Shown here: in pieces, positions 23,729 through 34,169 of the stretch
Layout of the letters: each line of letters starts with the position of its first letter
Position numbering within the stretch: the first letter of the stretch is position 1
Assembly: GCA_965112735.1 (NCBI GenBank)
Contig: OZ218955.1
Coordinates: forward strand, 3,224,001 to 3,288,000
Direction of reading: 5' to 3'
DNA length: 64,000 bases
Source: Phaeosaccion multiseriatum
Lineage: Eukaryota > Protista > Ochrophyta, other classes
Translations under genes and position numbers: made by a program
Notes under the pieces: model-generated
What the model was told of the DNA's origin: nothing
The model's database searches: none
What the model saw: the letters and a program-made list of their open reading frames with translations, nothing else

Positions 23729-26310
23729 TGTGTGTGTGTGTGTTTCTTGCCAGTGCACGCTGCACCGTACTCTCTCTCTCGCCCCTTCAAGCAAGGAAGC
23801 TCACTTTCATTCTCTCTGTCTGGTTTGTTTCGCTCCACAACCCCCCTCCCCCCCCCCCGTGGAGGGCGTTACCTTATGCGGTGAGGACGATCCATTCATG
23901 GTCCTGTAGAGAATGTGCTGAGTAGAGCAAGGGGGCCTTGGAGCAACCCATGGAAGAGTCTCGCTTCCATGGGCCCGTCTTTTTGCTAGTCCCCTCCTTG
24001 TCTGCTGTTCCCGCTTTATTATCTGCTGCTTTTCATCGCACTGTGTGCACCTCGCTCGGATTCTTTTACTGGAAGTGCTCTGTGTAGCTAGTCTTGACCC
24101 ACTTTTCTCTCGTCTTTTGCTGCTGGGTGGCTCCCCGTCTCCTCCTGCCACGGCGTCTCGCACTGGCTGGCAGACGTCGACGAGGACGAGATTGCAGACC
24201 ATCTCGACAAGTGAGTGTTCTAAACTATGGACCGACTGGAGTGGTGTGGTGTGCGTTCTGATTGCGTGCGTGTAGCTAGCTACCCCCCCCGCGTCTCGCT
24301 CCCTTTGAAATCTCTCTCCTTGCTTGTTGCTCCTTGGTCCTCGCAGCTGCCCTGGCGTAGGCAACCCCAAGCAAGAGGATGCCGATGGAGACGGAGTTGG
24401 AGACGCTTGTGATAAGTAAGGAGCGAGTTTGAGTGAATGTGCCCCCCCCCAAGCGTCTCTCTGTCATGCCATCGTCATCCCCTGCTTGTCTACCCCCCCC
24501 GCGTCTCGCTCCCTTTGAAATCTCTCTCCTTGCTTGTTGCTCCTTGGTCCTCGCAGCTGCCGTGGCGTAGGCAACCCCAAGCAAGAGGATGCCGATGGAG
24601 ACGGAGTTGGAGACGCTTGTGACAAGTAAGGAGCGAGTTTGCGTGAATGTGCCCCCCCCCAAGCGTCTCTTTGTCATGCCATCGTCATCCCCTGCTTGTC
24701 AAGTTTTCCCGTGCGTGCGGGTTGCTTTGTGACTTGGCCGGCTCCCTCCTGTGTGTGGCCAAGTGCCCTGCCTGGTGTCTTCCTTCCGTGAAGGATCTCA
24801 CGCTGACTAGCTACACCTCCCTTCTCTCCTCTTTGCTTCCTCTGCTCCTTCCAGCTGCCCTTCTGTGGCCAACGCGAACCAGGCTGCTGTCACTACCTGT
24901 GGTGAGGACGATGTCCTTTGAAACATCACAGGACTGACTGTATTGCCCTGGCTGGTGATGTGTAATACTCTACTGGCTTAGATTGATATCTCTCTCAATC
25001 AATCATCTCCGCCTCTTTGGATGACGTGTGGTGGTGCTTTCTTTTCAGACGATGGCCAGGCCCAAGGAGACCCGATGGTTTTCGGCTTCAAGCAGCAAAT
25101 CTTCCTCTTCAAGGGAGCCCACAACACTTGGTACGCTGCCTTAGCGGAGAGGCACTTGCAGTGGAACTGGAGGCTGTCCGTCTTCGCCTCCTGCGAGAAC
25201 GGCGCCCAACCGGTGGGTGAAGAGATGCGGCATCATTGGGGGGACTCGTCGTCGAATCTGAGCACCTGGGCTCCCGAGACAGTCACTGATAGTACTGGCC
25301 GATCACCACAGTTCCTCACCCGCCCCTCTTTTCCCTCGGCGGCGGTCTCGCGCTTGACTTCTCGGTTTCTTCTCTCTCTTCCATTAGCCAGACTTGGCTT
25401 GCCCCCCTTTGACTCATGAACCCCTCGTCACCTTCCCTTTGCAAACACACAACCGCACGCACGCACACACGCACGCACACAGACATACATTACCGCCTTG
25501 GCCTTTACCTTCCCTCCCCCTCTGGACGGGGATGACAAGACCGCTCTCCTTGGAGGGGCGGGCACGGCTGCGTCTTCGAGAGTGCTGGTGGAGGTCATAG
25601 ACGTGGAAAAGTACAACCCGGACTACATCCGGGGGGAGGAGCGCACACCCCGTGCCGAGCAAATCCTGGGCTACGGCTCTCTGGGAGTCACCATCGAGGA
25701 CAAGAAAATCACCAAGCCGGGGCTCTACCACATGGCCAACGGTGGCACGGTGATGGCATTTAACGCGTTCGGCCCCTGTCAGGTCAAGCGCGACATCCAC
25801 ATGATGGAAGAGCTCAACGAGGCGGAGAGGCTCAAAGCCTCGCCTCTCAGACGACGCCGCCTCTCGGAGATGGCAGTGGATGACGACCTTGCGGCGCTGC
25901 TGGCTGTGGAGTCTCGCCTGCACAAGGCCGAGGATAGGCCCCTCTGTGAGGCGTGGATCGCGGAAAAGCGTGTCGAGAGAGACCTCTTCACCTCACCCGG
26001 GTCGTGGGCGAGCGTTTACATCTTCACCGACACGTACTCCTTCCAGGTGGACTACCGCCAGGAGACTGAGCGCTGCTACGCCCATGTGCTCGACGTTGGC
26101 TTCATCCACAAGCCCAATGACATCGGCGTGGAACGCTGGAGCGGGGTCATGGGAGAGACTCAGAGCCTGAAACGCGACAGCTCTGGGCATCCCCTCGACA
26201 GGGACAGGGACCTCATCCTGTCCTCCTCCAAGGACGAGGACTACGTCGTGGACGGGCCCTGGGGGACGGACTTTGTGGCCCGACTGGACGGCGCCTGGAC
26301 GGAGGAGTAG
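18115..26310 (+). CDS. Secreted micro-exon protein (~731 aa): signal peptide, two Cys-rich modules, thrombospondin type-3 repeats, GDP(M) VWD/root-cap-like C-terminal domain
   Basis: 23 exons: 18115-18205, 18619-18737, 19243-19257, 19489-19527, 19833-19889, 20302-20358, 20511-20588, 20769-20806, 21013-21032, 21232-21356, 21668-21682, 21928-21966, 22247-22303, 22828-22908, 23259-23339, 23488-23531, ~23855-23880, 24174-24210, 24347-24415, 24557-24625, 24855-24901, 25049-25212, 25483-26310. Total 2196 nt, all phases compatible, no internal stop. Exon 17 lacks a visible AG (poly-C tract) and the exon 14 acceptor is ambiguous. Confidence 0.8.
24281..24700 (+). repeat. Near-perfect 210-bp tandem duplication (intron plus a 69-nt TSP3 exon)
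   Basis: 24281-24490 and 24491-24700 differ at 4 positions by eye. Confidence 0.95.
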
Positions 26311-26968
26311 CTAGCTAGCTGGGAAGGGAGGGTAGAGTGGATGGTAGCGGACGGGCTTGGGTGCTGCTGCTGGGCCCGGAGCACGAGAGAGATCGACGCG
26401 CCTTGTGAAGGGCCTTGTGGAGGGGAGGTGGCGTGCGCATAGGAGCTGAGAGGGAAGCAAGGCTCGTGGGTTTTTTTTCGATTCGAAGAGGGTATTAGCT
26501 AGGCGTGGTGGCACTCTGTCTGCTGATGGAGCTGTGAAGAAGAGGGGCTCCGGGCCTTGCTTGGTGCCCCTTCTTGGGGGATGTTTCTTTAGTTTGGGGA
26601 GCTTACAATAGCGATGGGAAGAAGGGGGGGGGGTGTACTATTAGTTGAGTTTAGTTTAGGCAGGGCGGGGACCTTTGGTCTGGCTGGGCGGGGAGTGGTT
26701 TGACGAGCCGCTCTTCTCGGGCTCTCTGTAGTTGGAAGTTTAGCTTCGTTAGGTGGGGGGGGGGGCGGCGGGTGGGCAGAAGTTTTAGTTTAAGGGGGGC
26801 TGCTGGAGGCAGAGAGGGGGGGGAGAAACCCCCCCCCTTAAAGGCGTTGTTACTTTGGGAGCTTAGCGATAGGAAGGGGGGGCGTTTTGGTTTTCGTTCT
26901 TCATTCCCTTCTCTCCGATTCCAGTTATTAAGTCAATAAATAATTTCCTCCCACCCGATCTCTCTCGA

Positions 26969-27812
26969 TTCGACACAGGGTCCTGGCTGGTATCACTTTG
27001 TTCTGATGGGGAGGACTGACGAGTCGGAGGGATCCGACCTCGGGGGCTAAGTTCCCCGGCCGATCCCTGGTGACGTTACTTTTAGACAACCATACATTGT
27101 AGATGGCACTTAAAGGTTATTATGCAGCTTCATGAGGGCAAGAACGGTCACCCCGCGACGAGGGAGAGGGGGGAGCAACGCCGTGAGGAGTGACGCCCAC
27201 GTGGCCAAGCAGATGGAGATGGACATCGTGACTCCCCCCAGGATGTTTGAGCTTCCGTCCGATCATGAATATGGCGACGGCCACAAGTCCCTCATGATCG
27301 ACGTCACGCTCACAGATGCCACCAACACCACTAACCGGGCCAAGGCATCGAAGGAGGCACTCGCGGCAGCCAAGAAGGCTGAAGCAACCAAGCGGACCAG
27401 GTATGGGGTGCCACAGGTAGCTAGGCATGGAAGGCCAGGGTGGGGACATCCACTATGACCCCACGCGGTACCACCTCGTCCCTTTCGCAATAGAACAGCA
27501 AGGCGCATTTGGTCCTTCTGCTCAGATGTTTATGAAAACACTCGCCACCCACATGGCTGGGGGGCACGAACATCTGGCTGGACACGAGCGAGGGCTTATG
27601 CGAGAGCTGTTTTCGTCATTCGGCGACGATTAGCCGTAGCGCTCCAGCGGGCCCGACACGAACGATCGGTTCGACACAGGATCCTGGCTGGTATCAACTT
27701 TGTTCCAATGGGGAGAACTGATGAGTCAGAGGGGCACGACCTCGTGGAGGGCTAAGTTCCCCGGTGCGGTGAGACATTACTTTTAGACAACCATAGATGG
27801 CACTTAAGGGTA
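26969..27812 (+). mobile_element. Degenerate 3' fragment of a non-LTR retrotransposon with a restriction-like endonuclease (CRE/SLACS-like), plus a second copy of its 3' end
   Basis: EMDIVT...LMIDVTLTD...AEATKRTRYG, frameshift, then YDPTRYHLVPFAIEQQGAFGPSAQMFMKTLA. A diverged ~150-bp direct repeat lies at 26969-27118 and 27670-27812. Confidence 0.7.
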
Positions 27813-27859
27813 ATAAAGCCTCCCCCCCCCCCCCTTTTTGAAGAAAAGAAATGGACTTG

Positions 27860-28180
27860 AAACGCACGCAGCTGCAGCAGTCAGCGAGACCTACGACCCC
27901 GAGGTGCACCTCACCACCTTCGCCATCGATACCCATGGACGACTCGGCGCACAGGCACAATACATCCTACACGACGCCCTAGCCGAGCACGTCGTCTCCC
28001 GCACCGGGCGCACCGGCTGTTTCACCACCAAGGGCCAAGTCCTCTCCAAACTTCGACGCCTCATTAGCTGCAGCCACCAGAAGTGGCTCTCGCAGGGACG
28101 GCTCAACCGCGGCCCCGGACCAGCGCTCCCCCTCCTCGGCCAGGAGCGAGAGGATCTCGCGAGAGCGTGTGGAGGACTCA
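27860..28180 (+). mobile_element. Second, different RLE non-LTR retrotransposon C-terminal fragment, directly upstream of the dioxygenase
   Basis: TYDPEVHLTTFAIDTHGRLGAQAQYILHDALAEHV...KGQVLSKLRRLISCSHQK parallels the YDP..YHLVPFAIEQQGAFG motif at 27450-27560. Confidence 0.6.
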
Positions 28181-28194
28181 TTCGTACGAGTTCT

Positions 28195-28675
28195 ATGGCT
28201 TGTGCTAGAGCGGCGACTAGGTGCTTGCGACACAAAAGCCGCCCATGGCTGATCAGCAGCAGGAGCAGGCACACGAGCACAGTCGCCTCAAGTGTTCTTC
28301 CAGGTAGCACCAGTCGCAGAAGGAGCAGGATGAGGAGCAGTGGTTGTACCCTCGACCCTTTTCGCCATGGAGTTGGACGGCGGTATATCTTCAGCGGTAC
28401 CAAAGCTGCTGGAAGGAGTACTACTGACAGGCTCAGTGGGCGGCAATCATTGGGGGGGGGCTGGTCTGCCTTTGTGGCCGACTGCGGGGTTGCTCATGTC
28501 TCCGTGGCCGAGGGTGGTACACGGGTAAAGATAGAGTGGGAGGACGGCCACTCGAGTGAGTTTCTCGCGCTCTGGCTTCGAGATCACAGCCCCTCGGCCT
28601 ATGATGGTGCAACAAAGCAGCGCAAGGTGGACACCCACCTCATTCCGCTCGAGACGTCCGTCTCGTCGGCTTACT

Positions 28676-28715
<40 letters not shown>

Positions 28716-30536
28716 TAGGGGCGTGTCAGAAAGGAAAAGAGAGGATGGGAGCTGTAGGCTCACAACAGAAAGTGGTGGCAGCACACTCAATCTGACAGTG
28801 GAGTGGACGGACCTCCAAGGGTCTCCCTCTCCCTCTCCCTCCTCGTCGTCGTCGTTCCCCCTCTCGTGGCTCAAGTCACAGTGCTCCTCTGCGCGAGCCC
28901 GAAGCATGCGCGAGAGATTCCGCAGCTCTGTTCCGCCAGGGATACCTTCGGAGGCATTGGAAGCAGCAGCAGCAGCAGCAGCAGGAGGAGGAGGAGGAGG
29001 AGGAGAAGGAGGAGGAGGAGGAGCCGCTGAGGCGAGGGAGCTGCCACTGAGACAAGTACTGTGGGGCAGCGACCTTTTCTCGTCGTCATCGTCGTCGTCC
29101 CCGTGCTGCTTCGACTATCAGGAGGTCATGTCGGAGCATGCCGAGCAAGGCGAAGACGAAAGTGGCCCCGAAAATAGCAGTAGCGCTAGCAGCAGCAGTA
29201 GTAGCAATAGCAGCAGCAGCAGCAGCAGGAGCAATAACAGCGGGACAGAAGGAGGAGTGGATAGTGGTGGCCGTGATGGAGGAAGCAGCCTGGACGGGGT
29301 GCTCACAAGCCTCTTAACACACGGCATTGTCCTCGTGCGAGGTACGCCTCTCACCATGGATGCAACAGAAGCTTTCGCTCGTCGTGTAGGCGGGCATATT
29401 CAGCACACTCTCTACGGCGGTATGTGGAGCACAGCACCCCCGCAGGAGGAGTGGGAGGAGGAGCATCAGGACCTGGCGTATGGACAGGGAAGATTGGAGG
29501 CGCACACGGATTGCGCGTACTTTGCACAGCCGCCGGGGCTGCAGGTGAGGGAGGGAGGGATATTTTAGAGGAGTATGGGAAGAGAGAAGAGCGAGGGAGA
29601 CGTGCACCCCAGCCGCTGTCCAATAACAGGCAATCAATCGCCCGTGCGGCGGATTTCCTTTACTTTTTTTACCCAGCATGGTACACCCGGCTTTTTTGTT
29701 TGGCTCTTCTCTTGCTGCTGCTGGGCCCGCAGATCTTCAACTGCGTGACACAGGCCCACATGGGGGGAGAGAGCACCTACGTCGACGGCTTCCATGTGGC
29801 AGAGCGACTGAGACGGGAGCACCCCGAAGCTTTCCGGTTCTTCACCGACACGCCGCTGCGTTACTACTGCTACGACGGAGGCTACCACTACGAGGCTATG
29901 GGTCCTGTATTCACACTCGGGAAGGCCAGTCGTGAGAGAGATGGGGCAGCAGCAGCAGCAGGAGGAGGAGGAGGAGGAGGAGGAGGCGGGGAGGAGGAAG
30001 AGGAGGGTGAGGGGAAGGAGGAGGTCGAGGAGGTAGTGCAGGTGCGGCACAACGACAATGACCGCGCCCCTCTCAGCCACCTGACGAGCGGCCAGATCGA
30101 CGCTTTCTACGGGCATCATCAGACACTCTCTGCGGTCATTCGAGACCCTAACATGGTCGTGGTCAGGAACCTCCAGCCGGGGGAGATGGTGGTGGTGCTG
30201 AATCACAGGGTCATGCACGGGAGGCTGGCCTTCTCGGAGGAGGAGGAGGAGGAGGTTTATACCCGTGCCCCAGCAGCACCACCACCAGCAGCAGCAGCAG
30301 CAGCAGCAGGAGGAGGAGGAGGAGGAGGAGAGGGGCTACTGACAAGGGGCAGCAAGGGCACGAGTGAGTGTGAGAGCAAGAGGAAGGGCAGGAGGACGTT
30401 GCTGGGGTGCTACATAGGGATGGACGAGGTCATGTCTCGGGCAAGAGCGAGGGGCCTTATTGGGCCTGCAGCAGCGGCGGCGGCATTGCCTACGACAAGG
30501 GCGGCCAGGATGGGCTCGGGGGGACTGCCTTCGTGA
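28195..30536 (+). CDS. Trimethyllysine dioxygenase-like Fe(II)/2-oxoglutarate dioxygenase (exons 28195-29544, 29733-30536)
   Basis: GBBH-like N-domain (W.DGH.S.F..LWLRDH), then AHTDCAYFAQPPGLQ|IFNC, GGESTYVDGF, NHRVMHGR, RRTLLGCY. The Arg/Ser-rich N-terminus looks like a mitochondrial presequence. Confidence 0.85.
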
Positions 30537-30800
30537 CCGGTGCGCCGCTTTGAAGGGCTGCATGCTCCCTTTGGAAGGGAGTGCGCCTCTGGAGTACCGT
30601 AACGGAGGGAGGGGGGGAGAGAGGGAAGGAGGGAGCGAGCGAGCGAGGGAGGGAGGGAGGTGGAGAATGGCCCCTTCAAACGAATTCATTTTGGTCAATT
30701 GCTGTGCAGCAGCAGGACCTTTGTTGTTTATAATGCTGCATATTTTTGAAGTGAAAGAAGTTGTGTACAAATGCGATCAAGTATTTTTGATTTTTTTTAA

Positions 30801-31009
30801 CACTCGATTCGCTCTATTTTTTGCGGAAGTGGACGTACGGGGCAAAATGACGTTGGGAGAAGCGCTTTCCTCTTCATTTAGCTCTGTGAGATGCCTACCG
30901 GGATTTTTTCCCTTCCCTACTTGTCAGCATTTCTGCAAGCGCACTCCCCCTTGCCGCCCGACTCCTAAAAAACGGGCGCTTTCGGCCATTCTTTTACGCA
31001 AATCGAGAA
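30801..31009. mobile_element. ~210-bp MITE-like dispersed repeat flanked by TTAA (copy 1)
   Basis: TTAA|CACTCGATT...AATCGAGAA|TTAA; its reverse complement matches 46674-46902. Confidence 0.65.
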
Positions 31010-31041
31010 TTAAATATAAGGTATGTGACGTATACACGAGA

Positions 31042-33681
31042 TCAATTGCGCGAGCCAGCTCTGGGCAAGAGGGCCTGAAGGAGCAGAGCCATAGCCGCTG
31101 CTGCCAGAGGGAGGAGCAGCGAAGGTCGGAGCGCGTTGCCTGCTCCCTTGATGCTCGGTGTGCAAGTCTGTGGGTAGGCGGGGAGGTAGGCGGGGCGGTA
31201 GACGGGGCGGTAGACGGGTAAGATTGTAGACGGACCAAGGACCAACCACGCATCGCAAGCACAATTACGCTCATCCACCCACCCGCGGACACACACGCAC
31301 ATACACAAACACACACGCACGCACACAAACACACACATAAGAAGGAGGGCTGCTCATAAGAGCCATGGATTGAAGCAAGGTCACGTATGCCAGCAAGCAC
31401 CCCATTGGCACTAGAGCCTCTATTTGCGTACATGCATGTATGCGTTCGTGCATGTGCGTGCGTGCGTGCCTCCTTCACGCTAGAGAGAGAGAGGGAAGGG
31501 CCACAACCTTCCACCTACCTTTTTATCGTCATCATAGTCAACGAAGGGCTGCCCCGGGTAGTAGTCGCGGTAATACACGGGGTTTCCGTCGTTGTCAAGG
31601 GGGTTGTTCTCTTCCGCGTGGCCGTTGAAGTACACGGACTCTCCACAGCGCCACAAGTCGTACGGGTATTCGCCTGTGCTTGTGCGTGGTTGTGAGAGAG
31701 GTTTGTGTGTGTTTGTGACACAGAGAGAGAGAGTGGGAGTGCGTGCATGTGTGTGTGTGCGTGTGTGCGTGTGTGTGCGTGTGTGCGTGTGTGTGCGTGT
31801 GTCACGTAGGTAACAGACAGAAGGGGTGTGAGCGGCGAGCGAGAGAGCGAGCAAACGAGCAATTTCTTTCCCTCTCAGCCCCCCGATCACGTCACGAAGG
31901 GCACCCAACACTCTCGCCTCGTGCATTTGCTCCAAGCTCCGTCCCCTGGATCACGCAATGCCCACACACGCACGCATGCACGGAGGCACGCACGCACGCA
32001 CTCACGCACTCACGCACGCACCCACTCACTCACCCACCCACTCCCTCACTCACTCACTCACTCACGCACGCACGCACTTACGCACGCACCCACCCGCTCA
32101 CTCACTCACTCACATGCGATCATCATGTTCTCACAAGCACTGCGGCAGGTCATAAGGGTGTTGCCGTCGTCGTCGCAGCGAGGGAAGTTGATCCAACACA
32201 TGTAGTTACGGAAGGCGTCACGGCAGTCGTCGTTGTAGACGAAGCGAGGCACAGGGGCACCCGTGTTGCCGTACTCGTCAACACCTGTTGAGCGATGAGG
32301 GGGGTGGGGGGGAGGAGGGAGGACGTGCCTGTGCGTGAGAGAGAGAGAGAGAGACAGAGGAGGGACACGCATCACCAACCCCACCACCACCACCACCACC
32401 ACCCGACCTACGTACGTATACAAACGCTCCACCCCATACCACCTGCCCAGCGACCCGGCTCCCAAGTCCGACTGAAACTGAAACTGAGGCTCCACAAGAC
32501 TCAGCTACCTCACTCACCCTTCTTCTGCAGCTTCTTGTTCTTTTCAATCTCCATCCTGCTCGACACGATGTCCACGTACTGCGCCTCAATCCAGCTGTCC
32601 TTGGCAGAGATAGTGTTGTTGAGCCAGCGCCCGTCAGGCCACTCGCGGGAGGGGTTCAAAGGCTGGCAGTCGTAGCAGCAGTAGAAGCAGTATTAGCAGC
32701 AGCAGAAGCAACAGTAGCAGGAGGAGGAGGAGGAGGAGGAGGAGGAGGAGGAGGAGGAGGAGGAGGAGGAGGGTAGGTAAGCTGCACGTCGGCGGAGAGT
32801 GGGTGAGAGGGGGTGAGTGAGTGAGTACATGAGTGAGTGAGCGAGGGAGTGAGTGAGTGAGAGAGGGGAAAAAGATGGGTCAGTGATCGAGTGAGGGAGG
32901 AAGGCAGTCCGTGCGTATATGGGGGAGGTTGACAGATATTTGTGCAAAGGCAGAAGACGAGGGTGGTGCCCATGGGGTGTGTGTGTCTGTGAAGACTGCG
33001 CTCCCCTCACTCTCACGTACTCACATTGTACTTTGGAACACAGGCAGTGTATTTGATCACACCGGCACACCAGGGCATGTTGGCAATGCGGTAGTCAATG
33101 TCTGTGGCGAGATCAGAGTCGCAGACACCGATATCCACGCCCTGAATCACACAGCCCTCCACCCCCACGACCCCCCTCTGCCACGTCCTCACATCATTCA
33201 GTAGCCCCAACCAAAGTGGTACCAAAAATAGACTTGTGCAAAGGCCCAGAAAGGAGGTAGGGAGAAGCTGGAGCCCACCGGCGCGCCGTCTTGCCGGCCC
33301 TCCTGGGCTCCTTCTCCCTCTTCTGCAGCCCCGGAGGCAGAGAGTGTTGCTGCCCTTCCAGGGAAGAACGACGAATTGTCCCCGAGCTACCGCGCTATCT
33401 TCACCGGTGCCTGAATCTGTGCTTCCTGCATCGCAGCGAGATACGGTGCCTGCTCCCACACGAGCCCTACGTTTTCTTCTCTTTGGCCCACCGTCTACTC
33501 TTGGCAGCGCCATGGAAGGCCTATTCACGGCACGTAAGGCTGCTTCCCTTGGCCCTCCCGCTCCTGATGGCCATGGATATGCTCCTGGTGTTCTTTCTCC
33601 TCCCGCGGCGGCTGCTGATGGTGTTGGCGGTTCAACAATGCACCCACAGTGGAGCTGGCGCTTGCGGCTGGAGCGTTCCAT
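31042..33681 (-). CDS. Membrane/GPI-anchored Cys-rich protein with a frizzled-CRD-like domain (exons 33681?-33025, 32662-32518, 32284-32114, 31673-31519, 31167-31042)
   Basis: Spliced MPWCAGVIKYTACVP...DCRDAFRNYMCWINFPRCDDDGNTLMTCRSACENMMIACEYPYDLWRCG; hydrophobic C-terminal tail after CTPSIKGAG. Start codon uncertain. Confidence 0.75.
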
Positions 33682-34169
33682 GTAGCGGACCCACCCTCAC
33701 AATCAAGCCTCTAGTCTCTACTCAGGCTTCTGACCCTACCTCCACCACTACTCTTACTACTCCCTGCCGCTAGCCCTTCTCCCTCTCCTCTCCTCCGTGC
33801 CCCTGCTCGTTCTCGTTCGGTGAAGATGGAGGGTTTGCAGCAGCAGCCGCAGCAGCCGCAGCAGCAGTAGAGCAGCGACGGCCGCAGCAATAGGTACAGA
33901 TCAAAGAGAGGTCAAGACAAAGACGCGAAAGAAGAGCCAAGGAGGTGAGGCGGTGTAACAGATACCAAAACAAAGATTGTTAAAGGTGACTACCTGGTGT
34001 CAGGCCTCCCCTCCTCCTCCCATTTTTTCACAGATCCATCCTCAGTGTGGTCACGGGGAGAGGAAGGAGAGTCCAGGAGCAGAGGATAGACCTGAGGAAA
34101 GAGGAGAATCCCGGGAGGGACTTTGGTCTCAATCTCACGGCGCTGAGTTCCTTATTGGATCCGCCGCCG

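Noticed and set aside
24281-24700. CRISPR-like array or LTR pair
   Set aside because: There are only two adjacent units and no spacers; exon-intron duplication explains it. No CRISPR, tRNA or rRNA was recognised in the window.
27838-29568. 576-aa ORF as one protein
   Set aside because: It starts at TTG and its first ~119 aa are a retrotransposon fragment. The enzyme more plausibly starts at ATG 28195 and splices at 29544.
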